Positions 18,212 through 28,277 of a stretch of DNA of 64,000 nt are shown piece by piece (position 1 is the stretch's first letter; each line of letters begins with the position of its first letter). Source of the DNA: a virus. The translations under genes were made by a program, and so were the position numbers. Under the pieces are notes generated by a model. That model did no database searches. It saw only the letters and a program-made list of their open reading frames with translations, and was not told the origin of the DNA. The DNA lies in the IMG/VR virus record IMGVR_UViG_3300046169_000120, positions 1 through 64,000 of that record; one strand, written 5' to 3'.

Positions 18212-19304
18212 AGAAATACAGACAACAGATCAAATAGCAAAGTTTTTATCTGACAAGGATAATAAAAAATATCACTACAACTTCTTCAAAGGAGAGGAAT
18301 ATAAGATTCCGAGTGGAAGCTTAAATTTAGACATAGCCCTTGGCGGTGGGTTGCCGAGCGGGGCACATAGATTTACGGGAATTAACGAAGGTGGAAAAAC
18401 AAGTTGCGCTATGGCTTTTGCTAGAAACTTTCAAAAACATTTTGGCAAAAAAGGAATGATCATTTACATCAAAAGCGAAGGTCGTTTTAGTCCAGAAATG
18501 ATTGAAAGATCAGGCATTGATACAGATCCAGAAAAGTTTTTTTGCTTTGATTGCAACATTTTTGAAAAAGTATTCGAGTTAATTCGAGAACTTGTCTTTC
18601 AAAACGAAGATGACAAGAGATACATGTTTATTATCGATAGTGTTGACGCTTTATGTAGGATTGGAGATATCGATAAACCATTCGCAGAAAGCGAACAGGT
18701 TGCAGGCGGAGCCTTAATCACTTCAGTATTCTTGAAGAAAATGGTGCTTCCAATCACTAAGATGGGGCACACAATGATTCTAACAAGTCAAGTTAGGGTT
18801 GAGGTTGCAACAAACCCATATGCCGCCAGAGGAGGACCAAAAGTAAAACAGGCGGGAGGAAATGCAATCAAACACTATGCAAACTTTATTCTTGAATTTG
18901 AAGAAAGATATAATTCCGATTTGATTTTTAAAAACCCAACAGCAACTAAACTTGATGAAAAAGGTGAACCAATAGGTCATTATTGTAAAATTAGATTCCG
19001 TAAGACAGTAAACGAAAAAACTGGATCAACCGCAAGGTATCCAATTAAATACGGTCAAAAGGATGGAAAGTCTGTATGGAGGGCTCGAGAAATACTAGAT
19101 ATGCTATATCTATTTAATTTGATTGAAAAAAAGGGAGCATGGATATCTGTATCTGAAGATTTAATAAAAGAACTGTTAGATAAAAAATTCGAAATTAATG
19201 AAAAATTTCAAGGGGAGCAGAGACTTATTGATTTTCTAGAGGAAAACGAAAAACTTTCAGACTTTCTTTATGAGGATTTCAAAAAGCTAACCAATGCGCT
19301 TTAA
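18198..19304 (+). CDS. recA: RecA/UvsX-like recombinase
   Basis: IPSGSLNLDIALGGGLP, GINEGGKT, IIDSV, SQVR, GGNAIKHYA, KKGAW. Confidence 0.93.
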   Translation: MSKTKEIQTTDQIAKFLSDKDNKKYHYNFFKGEEYKIPSGSLNLDIALGGGLPSGAHRFTGINEGGKTSCAMAFARNFQKHFGKKGMIIYIKSEGRFSPEMIERSGIDTDPEKFFCFDCNIFEKVFELIRELVFQNEDDKRYMFIIDSVDALCRIGDIDKPFAESEQVAGGALITSVFLKKMVLPITKMGHTMILTSQVRVEVATNPYAARGGPKVKQAGGNAIKHYANFILEFEERYNSDLIFKNPTATKLDEKGEPIGHYCKIRFRKTVNEKTGSTARYPIKYGQKDGKSVWRAREILDMLYLFNLIEKKGAWISVSEDLIKELLDKKFEINEKFQGEQRLIDFLEENEKLSDFLYEDFKKLTNAL

Positions 19305-19704
19305 GACTTTGATGGGTGCGACTCGCACCGTTAAAAAAGCGAAAAATTATTTAATTGATTGGGACGGGAAGAGTAGAAGTAAAATACAGTACAGCGCGAA
19401 ACAATTCTTGAAAAAGTATTGGAGTAATCATATTGTGTTTGAAGAATTTCCTGTTGCAGGAACTAGGTTATCTCTAGACTTCTACAATGCTAATAAAAAA
19501 ATAGCCGTAGAAGTACAAGGTAAACAACACACAAAATATGTTCCATTCTTTCATGGCAAAAATAAAATCAATTACATTAACCAACTCAAGAGAGATCAGG
19601 ATAAATTAAAATTCTGCGAATTGAACGATATACAACTTGTCGAAATATATGACGGAGACGAAGTTAATGAAAAACTTTTCGAAACTTTTGGTGTTATTTT
19701 GTAG
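19294..19704 (+). CDS. Vsr/DUF559-like endonuclease
   Basis: LDFY...IAVEVQGKQH...RDQDK...IQLVEI. Confidence 0.75.
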   Translation: MRFKTLMGATRTVKKAKNYLIDWDGKSRSKIQYSAKQFLKKYWSNHIVFEEFPVAGTRLSLDFYNANKKIAVEVQGKQHTKYVPFFHGKNKINYINQLKRDQDKLKFCELNDIQLVEIYDGDEVNEKLFETFGVIL

Positions 19705-19721
19705 TTGGTGTAATATATATT

Positions 19722-20003
19722 ATGAATGATGATTTTATTGATCCCGAAAACTTGGGAAGCTTTCAGTTGCCAGAAAATATGATTAATCAATTGTTTGAAT
19801 TTACAGGTTCAACAAATGGAGACAGCGGATTTATTCTTTCGTATGTCAATCAAGACGGACTTCCTTCGGTAATTACCAAGGCCACTTCTCCAATTGTAGA
19901 GATGGGTTTACGTAAAGCTCTTGAGCAATATCTTGAGCAAATTTCTGCGCAAGAAATAGAACTTAACTTCCCAAAAGATTTTGGCGACGAAGAAACCCCT
20001 TGA
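19722..20003 (+). CDS. Hypothetical acidic protein
   Basis: ORF with GTGTA 9 nt upstream. Confidence 0.65.
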   Translation: MNDDFIDPENLGSFQLPENMINQLFEFTGSTNGDSGFILSYVNQDGLPSVITKATSPIVEMGLRKALEQYLEQISAQEIELNFPKDFGDEETP

Positions 20004-20028
20004 CTTTTAAGAGGGTTTCTGATAAGAT
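20000..20028 (+). promoter_or_regulatory. sigma70-type promoter, probably leaderless transcript
   Basis: TTGACT-N17-TAAGAT, 6 nt before dnaB ATG. Confidence 0.75.
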
Positions 20029-20034
20029 GTAAGA

Positions 20035-21549
20035 ATGGTTTATTCTTACGAACTCGAACAACACTTAATTGCAGGCCTGATAAAATACCCAGAGAGTTAC
20101 CCTCTCATCGCTGCATTCATAGATCAAAATGATTTTTTTGATAAAAATACAATCGTTAATAGAACAATTTTTTGCGTACTAAGGCAAGCTCTTGAATCCG
20201 GAGATGCGCTCGACGAAGTACTGCTTGCGCAAAGAGTTCAGTCTTTAAATATATCCTTCGAGGATAATATAAATATAGCAGACTATATTAAAGCTCTCTC
20301 AATGAGGCAGATATCAAAAGATGGTGTGGTTAAAGCTGCGCAGGAGCTAAAGAAGATAACTGTTCGCAGAGAAATACATAACTCTTCTCTCGAGGTTGCA
20401 AAAAATATGAAGAATATGGCTGCAAGCTCGACCTTTGATGATATTGTTAGCGAAGCAGATAAAATATATAACGACAAAGTAAATCTGTACGAAATTGGGT
20501 CAAGCAAGCCTGAGAACTTGTTTGACGACATGGAAGATTTCATTGAAGAAAGAGGAAATAATCCAATTGATCAATTTGGATTAATGGGCCCACACGAACG
20601 AGTCAATGAACTATATGGCTCTCTTTTGCGCCCGGGAAATATAACAGTTGTTGTTGCTCGCGCAGGTGTTGGTAAAACCCAATTCTGTATGGACTTTTGT
20701 ACAAAAGTTTCATCAATAAATAATAATGTTCCAATCCTTCATTTTGATAACGGAGAAATGAGTAAAGAAGAATTGATTGTTCGCCAATGCTCTGCTCTTT
20801 CTGGAGTGCCCATGCACCTCTTAGAAACTGGAAGGTGGAGGCAGGCAGGTCAAGAGATTGTTGATAAAGTTAGATCCACATGGGACAAAGTAAAAGACTT
20901 TAAATTTTATTATTATAATGTGGCAGGACACAGTATTGAGAGTATGCTTAATATCATCCGAAGATTTTATTACTCAGAAGTTGGAAGAGGAAATCCAATG
21001 ATCTTTAGTTTCGACTATATTAAAACAACATACGAGCGCCAGAATGGAGCGAGCAGTTGGGAGACAGTGGGGCGCATGGTTGATAAGTTTAAGCAATTGA
21101 TTCAAAAAGAGCTATGCTTTAACGGATCTCCGACAGTTGCAATGCTAACAAGTGTCCAAAGTAATCGACTTGGTATAACAAATAACAGAAGCTCTGATAA
21201 TGTAGTTGATGACGAAAGCATAGTTTCTCTCTCTGACCAAATTACACAGTTTTGCTCTCACTTATTTTTGCTTCGACAGAAAACTATGGATGAGATTCAA
21301 GAAGAGCCTGATGGCTTTGGAACTCATAAATTAATTTGTTTAAAATATCGCTGGCTTGGACAAGATGTGCATAGGGCATTACAGCCTGTTGAAATGCCCG
21401 ACGGAAGCAAGCGTAAAAATTACCTCAACCTTCACATGGAAAACTTTAGCATTCAAGAAAGAGGTGATCTTGTTGACATGGTAGAACATATGGACTCGGA
21501 GGGAGTTGGTATACTTGAAGACATGCGCGATGAAGTTCCGAATTTGTAA
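20035..21549 (+). CDS. dnaB: DnaB-like replicative helicase
   Basis: ELEQHLIAGLI N-domain, VVARAGVGKT, GEM, FDYI, VQSNR. Confidence 0.9.
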   Translation: MVYSYELEQHLIAGLIKYPESYPLIAAFIDQNDFFDKNTIVNRTIFCVLRQALESGDALDEVLLAQRVQSLNISFEDNINIADYIKALSMRQISKDGVVKAAQELKKITVRREIHNSSLEVAKNMKNMAASSTFDDIVSEADKIYNDKVNLYEIGSSKPENLFDDMEDFIEERGNNPIDQFGLMGPHERVNELYGSLLRPGNITVVVARAGVGKTQFCMDFCTKVSSINNNVPILHFDNGEMSKEELIVRQCSALSGVPMHLLETGRWRQAGQEIVDKVRSTWDKVKDFKFYYYNVAGHSIESMLNIIRRFYYSEVGRGNPMIFSFDYIKTTYERQNGASSWETVGRMVDKFKQLIQKELCFNGSPTVAMLTSVQSNRLGITNNRSSDNVVDDESIVSLSDQITQFCSHLFLLRQKTMDEIQEEPDGFGTHKLICLKYRWLGQDVHRALQPVEMPDGSKRKNYLNLHMENFSIQERGDLVDMVEHMDSEGVGILEDMRDEVPNL

Positions 21550-21551
21550 AT

Positions 21552-22587
21552 ATGAATCCTGAAAAAATTAAAGATTCTCTCACTAGGTTGGGCTACAAGC
21601 TAGCTGATAGAGGAGCTTACTGGCAGACCAATGCTATGTTCCGAAATGGGGACAACAAAACTGCGATTCAAATATACAAAAACACAGGAGTCTGGAAAGA
21701 TCATGTTCAAAACAGTTCATTTTCTCCCTTCAAGAGATTGGTAGAGATAACATTAGGAACAAATGATAAAAATCAAGTCAAGGACTTTATAGAAGAAGAT
21801 GATCTCGGAGCAAATTACAACAAATTAACATTCTCAGAAAAATTAGAAATGGAAGAAATATACCCAGAAGCCTGCCTAGACAGGTTGTTACCTCATTATA
21901 AATTTTATAACGACAAAGGCATATCAACAGAAACATTAAAATCACTCAAAGGTGGATACGCTACAACAGGAAAATTGAACAATCGATTCATCTTTCCTAT
22001 CTATAACGAACATAATCAAATCCATGGCTTCTCTGGGCGCGATATGAGTAGCTTGGATGGTCGACCTAAGTGGAAGCATGTGGGGCGCAAGAAAGGGTGG
22101 ATTTACCCCCTCTACGCGAACGTAGAGACAGTTGATGCAATCAATGATACTCGCACAATCATTTTTCGTGGAAAGTATTGGCGATCTACTCAACTTAAAC
22201 GAACAAGGCTACAAAAACGTACTTGTAACATTTGGTCTTGATATATCAACCAAGCTAATCTGCGCAACACTATCTCTGAATGTAGATAATCTTGTTATTG
22301 GACTGAACAACGACAAAACATCTTCTCGTAATAGGGGGTTAGAAGCAAGCATAAAAAACTATTTAAAATTATTGAACTATTATAATCCTGAAAAAATTAA
22401 AATATGTTTGCCCACACAAAAAGACTTTGGAGACATGAACAATGATGATTTTTCGGAGTGGTCAAATAAACTAGAATCAATTGATGTAAAAAAACAACAA
22501 ACCATGATACTAGACAAGATAAATGAAATATACAAATCCCTACCTAAAACTTTATTAAAAAACAAAAAAATTATAATCAATGAGTAA
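21552..22587 (+). CDS. dnaG: DnaG-like primase split by a +1 frameshift at about 22164-22168 (ORFs 21552..22241 and 22132..22587)
   Basis: NRFIFPIYN...GFSGRD...PKW in the first frame; TOPRIM FVESIGD...GLNND...KDFGDM in the +1 frame. Confidence 0.85.
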
Positions 22588-23656
22588 AATAACAAAATTA
22601 TCTGCGAGTAGAATCAAAACCGCACAAACATGTAGTTGGACTTATTGGTGCAATTATAAATTAAAACTTCCTGACGCAGGCAATGATGGATCAAGTCGAG
22701 GAACAATCTGCCACAACATATTCGAATTGCTTGGCGATCATCATCGCGATGAATTTGACAAGATTGTAGAAGAAGGCACAATTTGGAATACTGAGACTGT
22801 TGCTGCACAAGTCAAAAAAGAAGCCGAAGAATTGACGGTAAATGATCCAGAAAATCTTGAACTCATTGATGAAATGATTGTGAATGGATTGAGGTGCGAT
22901 TTCTTTGGCGACGAAAATGAAAAACCTGTACTCGCAGAATCGGAACGTTTTTTTGATCTTGAAATTGATCGACCAGAAGAAGGAATAAAATATGCAGTGC
23001 GCGGATACATCGACAAATTATTCGTATACAAAGACAATTCAGTAATCATACGCGATTTTAAAAGCAGTAAATCGGTATTCAAAGGAAAAGAAATAACTGA
23101 CAATCTGCAAAATTTAATATACTGTCTCGCGATAAAACACTTGATGCCCGAAACCGAACCTCAAAGTGAGTTTTTGTTTTTACGCTTTGATCTGGAAACA
23201 GACCTTCTTGGTAAAACAGGTAAGGGTAGAATGAAGATGGACAAGATTACCGCTGAAGAGCTTGATGGTTTCGAGCATCAACTCACACAATTTCAGGCAT
23301 ATCTTGATAACTTTGACGAAGAAGCAGCAAAAAGCAATCTAGCGGCAAAACAAGAATATCCTCGTGATGGCACGTTTGGTGGTCCTCTTGCTTGCGGCAA
23401 AGATGGATACAAGATGTCTCGTGGACAACCTGTACTTGACGATAATGGGGAACCAATCAAAGCATTTATTTGTCCATTCCGTAAACCTCGAGAATATTGG
23501 GCTCTTAAAGATGCTGATGGAAACATCAAGAAAACAGCTTTTCCAGAAAACAAACACGAACTTGATCTTGAAGATGGTGACGAAATTGTTAGTATGAAAT
23601 ATGAAGGTTGTCCACATTGGCAAAACAAACAAGTTTTAAATGATTTCCTCGACTAA
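22580..23656 (+). CDS. PD-(D/E)XK nuclease, RecB/AddB/Cas4-like
   Basis: LSASRIKT..TC, GTICH, RGYIDK, IRDFKSS, QNLIY, three C-terminal cysteines. Confidence 0.85.
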   Translation: MSKITKLSASRIKTAQTCSWTYWCNYKLKLPDAGNDGSSRGTICHNIFELLGDHHRDEFDKIVEEGTIWNTETVAAQVKKEAEELTVNDPENLELIDEMIVNGLRCDFFGDENEKPVLAESERFFDLEIDRPEEGIKYAVRGYIDKLFVYKDNSVIIRDFKSSKSVFKGKEITDNLQNLIYCLAIKHLMPETEPQSEFLFLRFDLETDLLGKTGKGRMKMDKITAEELDGFEHQLTQFQAYLDNFDEEAAKSNLAAKQEYPRDGTFGGPLACGKDGYKMSRGQPVLDDNGEPIKAFICPFRKPREYWALKDADGNIKKTAFPENKHELDLEDGDEIVSMKYEGCPHWQNKQVLNDFLD

Positions 23657-24050
23657 AGAATACATCGCAGCAGGAATTATTGCGCAGTTTGGAGATCTTG
23701 TATTACTTGGTCGGCGCAGCAAAAATTGCCACAGTTTTTCAGGTAACTGGTCTATGCCTTGCGGAATGATTGACTCTGGAGAGCATCCTGAATACGCAGC
23801 AAGGAGAGAATTTTTTGAAGAGACTGGTGTTCGCGCAAATAAAGAAATAAAGTTCCTCGATGACTTTGAAATTAAAGAGGGTAAATACCTTGCTTTATAC
23901 TCAATGCAAATTGATGATCTAATCTTTCCAAGTAATGACGCAATTGATGCGATTGAACATGATGAATGGGGCTTTTTTAAAATAGCAAAAAACTCACTTC
24001 CTTTGCCAATGACAAAAGAAACAAGAAATGCAATATCGAAGTTAAAATGA
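23640..24050 (+). CDS. Nudix hydrolase
   Basis: GMIDSGEHPEYAARREFFEETGV Nudix box. Confidence 0.9.
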   Translation: MISSTKEYIAAGIIAQFGDLVLLGRRSKNCHSFSGNWSMPCGMIDSGEHPEYAARREFFEETGVRANKEIKFLDDFEIKEGKYLALYSMQIDDLIFPSNDAIDAIEHDEWGFFKIAKNSLPLPMTKETRNAISKLK

Positions 24051-24766
24051 TTTCCTTGATTACATCCATGTTTAATTCCGAGAAATTTATCAACTCTTTT
24101 ATGGAAAATATTCTCGCGCAAACAATTTTCAATCGATGCGAACTGATTCTTATAGATGCAAATAAAAAACCAGAAAAACATTTTGTTCAAAAGTATTTAA
24201 AAAATAAAAACATAAAATACAACCATATATCTGATTTTGGACTAAATCGAGATCCTGGAGTTTACGGATGCTGGAATCTTGCGATTAAAAATTCAACAGG
24301 TAAATATATTACCAACACAAACATCGATGATCGTCGCGCAATCGATGCAATAGAAAAACAGTTTAATTTACTTGAATCAAAAAAATATATTGATCTTGTA
24401 TATTATCGCACGCTGGAAACAGACAAAGCAAACGAATCCATGAAATCAAATTCTGCAAGCAAAGAGTTTCCATGTTTAGATTTTTCTTTTAACAATTTAT
24501 TGAAGGTAAACTCTCCTCATTGCCAACCAATGTGGAAGCGATCACTGCACGATAGGTTTGGATACTTTAATGAAACTTTACGCTTTGCTGCTGATTATGA
24601 TATGTGGCTTAGGGCTGCAGAAGGCGGAGCAAAAATGCAAAAAATAAATGAAACGCTTGGCTTATACTACAGGAATCCTTGTGGTATATCTTCTAAAGAG
24701 GAAACATTAAAAGAAGCCGTAATGCAAGTAAACCAATTAAAAATGCAATACATTCAACATGCATAA
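24047..24766 (+). CDS. GT2 glycosyltransferase
   Basis: ISLITSMFN, ELILID, NIDD, DYDMWLR. Confidence 0.88.
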   Translation: MISLITSMFNSEKFINSFMENILAQTIFNRCELILIDANKKPEKHFVQKYLKNKNIKYNHISDFGLNRDPGVYGCWNLAIKNSTGKYITNTNIDDRRAIDAIEKQFNLLESKKYIDLVYYRTLETDKANESMKSNSASKEFPCLDFSFNNLLKVNSPHCQPMWKRSLHDRFGYFNETLRFAADYDMWLRAAEGGAKMQKINETLGLYYRNPCGISSKEETLKEAVMQVNQLKMQYIQHA

Positions 24767-25421
24767 AAAAATCATAACATTTTCTTTGTGGGGAGATAAT
24801 CCAAAATATTGTGTTGGCGCAGTTAAAAATGCAAAATTAAGAGAAAAAATATACCCCGACTGGATATGTAGATTTTATGTTCACAACAAAGTCCCCCTAG
24901 AATATATCCAACAATTAAAAAATATAGACAAAACAGAAGTTGCTATAGAAACTCGTCCTGCAGATTGGACTGGCATGTTTTGGAGATTTGAAGCAATTGC
25001 TGAGCCTGATGTGCAAATCATGATATCGAGAGATTGTGATAGCAGATTAAATGAACGAGAAATGCATGCAGTGCATGAATTTGAAAACAGCGAATATTCT
25101 TTTCACATTATGCGCGACCATCCACATCATGGATTTAATGTTTTAGGGGGAATGTTTGGTATCAAAAAAAATCTCTCAACATTAATGCATGAAATGTGCA
25201 ACAAATTTAACAAAACCAACTCGTATGGCACAGACTATCAGTTTTTTGATAATTTTATTAGGCAGGTTCCACCAAACACAATACTCACACACGATCCATT
25301 TTTCGCAAAAAAAGACTTTCCCAAACCAAGATTTTCTTATGAATTTGTTGGAGAGGTTTTTGACGAGCACGACAATAATAATATAAATCACACAAACTCT
25401 TTAATATATAGCATAACATGA
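24759..25421 (+). CDS. Putative glycosyltransferase/glycan-modifying protein
   Basis: IITFSLWGDNPKY, GMFWRF, SRDCDSR, FHIMRDHPHH; cluster context. Confidence 0.6.
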   Translation: MHKKIITFSLWGDNPKYCVGAVKNAKLREKIYPDWICRFYVHNKVPLEYIQQLKNIDKTEVAIETRPADWTGMFWRFEAIAEPDVQIMISRDCDSRLNEREMHAVHEFENSEYSFHIMRDHPHHGFNVLGGMFGIKKNLSTLMHEMCNKFNKTNSYGTDYQFFDNFIRQVPPNTILTHDPFFAKKDFPKPRFSYEFVGEVFDEHDNNNINHTNSLIYSIT

Positions 25422-25506
25422 AAACACATATCGAAGTAGCCCCACTTTAGATGCATTTTTATCAGACATTGTGTAACTCAGATAATCAATTGAGCTCAGT
25501 AGAAAT

Positions 25507-26178
25507 ATGGCAAAATTAAATGAACTCTTGATTTATCATCACTTAGGTCTAGGTGATCACATCATATGCAATGCGATTGTGCGCCACTTTCACGAGAAAT
25601 ACGGCCCACTATCTTTATTCGTCAAAAAACACAACCTTGCAAGTGTTCGGGCGCTATACAAAGACATAGAGGTAAATTTAATTCAAGTAAACAACGATCG
25701 CGATTGTTATAGTTTTTTTAACGATTTTAATGTTATTAAAATTGGTTTTGAGAAAACCGTCTTTCCGAACTGGGAGAAGTCTTTTTATGATCAACTGGGA
25801 AGCGATTACTCGCTGCGTTTTTCTAAGTTTTACATTGAAAGAGATTACGAACGCGAAGCCTTGCTGGAGCAAAAACTTAAACTTCCAAACGAGTTTGCTT
25901 TTTGCAACAACTCCTGCAGCTCAGGCAATTTGGATTTTAAATTCAATACTAATCTTAAAAAAATTATGCTAAGCGCTATGACAGACAGTATTTTTGACTG
26001 GATCGGGGTGCTAGAAAAAGCTGCTGAATTACATACTTTAGATAGTTCTGTTTTTCAGTTGGCTAAACAATTAAATCTTAAATCCAATAAATATTTTTAC
26101 AATTCACGGTCTCTTGATGCCACAAGACAAGCATTCAACTTCGATAATCAATCCTGGAAAGTTATTAATTTAAAATGA
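25507..26178 (+). CDS. Putative glycosyltransferase (GT-B-like)
   Basis: HHLGLGDHIICN, ELHTLDSS. Confidence 0.6.
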   Translation: MAKLNELLIYHHLGLGDHIICNAIVRHFHEKYGPLSLFVKKHNLASVRALYKDIEVNLIQVNNDRDCYSFFNDFNVIKIGFEKTVFPNWEKSFYDQLGSDYSLRFSKFYIERDYEREALLEQKLKLPNEFAFCNNSCSSGNLDFKFNTNLKKIMLSAMTDSIFDWIGVLEKAAELHTLDSSVFQLAKQLNLKSNKYFYNSRSLDATRQAFNFDNQSWKVINLK

Positions 26179-26831
26179 AAAAATTTGGCACGCCGAAAGG
26201 ATCTTCTGGTTTAGGTGACACACTTCTTCTGAATGCTGTATGCAAAAACCTAAAAGAAGCTAAGACGATTCAATTAAGACCTGCGCAAAAACGTTTTTCT
26301 GTTCTTTTTGATAAGATTGCTGATATAGAAATCACTGAAACAGTTAATGTGTTACCCGACATTGGGTCTGGGCACTATACTTTAACAAAATTAAGAAGCT
26401 TTTTTAACCAGCCGGAAAACTTAGATATTAGACCTGTTGTTTTACATTCTGACGAGGAATCTGAAGCTTGGGCTACTAATGTGCTTTCGAAAATTAAAAA
26501 GCCTGCAGTAATATTTCAGCCAAACTGCAGTGCATCATGGCAGCACATACGAGGTATACCTCCATTACTCCAACAAAGAATATTAATAGAAACAAGTGAT
26601 ATATATTCCATCATAGATATGAGTAGCGATAAATTTAAAAATATTGATCTATCAAAGTATATCTGTTTATTAAGGAAATGCGGTAGATATATTGGCTGCA
26701 ATACTGGTGACATGCATTTAGCAATTTCAGTTGGATGTATTTGTGATGTATATGAGCCAGACGTTTGCCTTGAATTTGAGCCAGAAAAATGGCATTATAA
26801 CCATCCAGCAATTAAATACAAAAAGTTCTAA
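26175..26831 (+). CDS. GT9 (heptosyltransferase)-like protein
   Basis: GLGDTLL and IGCNTGDMHLA. Confidence 0.65.
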   Translation: MKKFGTPKGSSGLGDTLLLNAVCKNLKEAKTIQLRPAQKRFSVLFDKIADIEITETVNVLPDIGSGHYTLTKLRSFFNQPENLDIRPVVLHSDEESEAWATNVLSKIKKPAVIFQPNCSASWQHIRGIPPLLQQRILIETSDIYSIIDMSSDKFKNIDLSKYICLLRKCGRYIGCNTGDMHLAISVGCICDVYEPDVCLEFEPEKWHYNHPAIKYKKF

Positions 26832-26832
26832 T

Positions 26833-27393
26833 ATGAATGTTTATACCAAGGAGACTTTTATTGAATTACAAAAAAGAACTGGAGCAGGGACAAATCGCTT
26901 CTGTTTAAAAATGGATATTCAAAAAGCCAAAGACTTATTATGTGACTGCTCCCAAGTTCTTATCGACAATAAAGTCAATCCAATGCTACTATTTGGTAGT
27001 CTCTTAGGCTATTATAGAGATAACGATTTAATCCCACATGATGTAGATATGGATATCGGCGTACTAGACTCTAATAATATTAAAAAAATATATGACTTAA
27101 TCGAGCAAGGTTGCTTCAAAAAATATGGAATCCTAGGAATAAAAGATAGGGAGTTTTCGCTTTTTAGAGATGGTTTTTATGTTGATATTTATTGTTTTAT
27201 AAAAGAGGGTTCTAGGTATTTATCAACTTTAGGCTACCCTTTGTATTTTCTTGAAGAAAAGAACTTTCCGTTGCAAAAAATTAACTTCTTAAATGTTGAA
27301 TTCTCTACAGTTCGTGATATTAATGAATATTTAGTAGACAGGTATGGATCAGACTGGAAAACCCCTAAAGAAAATCATGGATCAAAATTCTAA
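26833..27393 (+). CDS. LicD-family nucleotidyl/phosphotransferase
   Basis: FGSLLGYYRDNDLIPHDVDMDIG, VDIY, YLVDRYGSDWKTP; start ATG 26833. Confidence 0.88.
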   Translation: MNVYTKETFIELQKRTGAGTNRFCLKMDIQKAKDLLCDCSQVLIDNKVNPMLLFGSLLGYYRDNDLIPHDVDMDIGVLDSNNIKKIYDLIEQGCFKKYGILGIKDREFSLFRDGFYVDIYCFIKEGSRYLSTLGYPLYFLEEKNFPLQKINFLNVEFSTVRDINEYLVDRYGSDWKTPKENHGSKF

Positions 27394-27940
27394 AAACTCT
27401 AAATACTGGACTGGTTTTTATTCGAATAAGCTAGTCACCCTAAAACCTTCTCCGTTTGCCATTTCATGCTTACCTTATATAAAAAAAGGTTCGACTTTAA
27501 TAGATGTTGGGTGCGGAAATGGGAGGGATTCTTCTTTTTTTGCGAGTTCTGGGGTTAATGTTTTATCTATAGATCAATCTTTTCCTCGTAATTCATTTAC
27601 CGGAAATTGCTTCTTCCTGAATAGTGATGTGGATAATATGCCAAACATAAAATGTGATTATATTTATGCCAGATTTTTCATTCATGCTATTCCACTAGAG
27701 AAAGAAATTAAATTTTTAAATTATATTAAAAACAATTGTAATGAATTTTTTATTGAAGCAAGATCAGATAAGAGTGAATTTGAAGGGGATCATTATAGAC
27801 GCTTTATAAACTTGCAACAATTAAAAGATAGGCTAGATTCACATGGGTTCAATTATGATATAGAAGAATCTAAGGATTTAGCGGCAACAGACACAGAAAA
27901 CCCCTTTATCATAAGAGTTTTTGGCAGAAACTATGATTAA
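27377..27940 (+). CDS. Class I SAM-dependent methyltransferase
   Basis: LIDVGCGNGRDS, YARFFIHAI. Confidence 0.88.
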   Translation: MDQNSKNSKYWTGFYSNKLVTLKPSPFAISCLPYIKKGSTLIDVGCGNGRDSSFFASSGVNVLSIDQSFPRNSFTGNCFFLNSDVDNMPNIKCDYIYARFFIHAIPLEKEIKFLNYIKNNCNEFFIEARSDKSEFEGDHYRRFINLQQLKDRLDSHGFNYDIEESKDLAATDTENPFIIRVFGRNYD

Positions 27941-28277
27941 CTTAAATGTTGATGAAGGTTATGCATTTGACTATCTATCTATACTGGAAGTCAAATTTGA
28001 AAACATTAATAACCCTCAAACTTCTGAATCCTTTAAATACTGTAAAAGTTTTTTGAAATCTCAAATCGATTCAAATCTTTTTGATTTAATCTACAATTCA
28101 AAAGAATACCTTGAATGTAAAAAAGCAAATCAATTAACTTTTGATGCCGTAGAAAAAGCTAGATACGGAAAAATATCCGCAAAAGAAGTTGACGACTGTA
28201 ATATGAAAAGGTACAACGCAAAAATAAATCTTCAAAATAAATTTTTCAAAAATGCAGTATCAGAACATAAAACGTAA
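27933..28277 (+). CDS. DUF6165-like small protein
   Basis: VDEGYAFDYLSILEVK...N..R...K pattern, in a glycan cluster. Confidence 0.5.
   Translation: MINLNVDEGYAFDYLSILEVKFENINNPQTSESFKYCKSFLKSQIDSNLFDLIYNSKEYLECKKANQLTFDAVEKARYGKISAKEVDDCNMKRYNAKINLQNKFFKNAVSEHKT

Noticed and set aside
22580-23656. Cas4 as evidence of a CRISPR system
   Set aside because: No other cas genes or array; typical stand-alone phage replication nuclease
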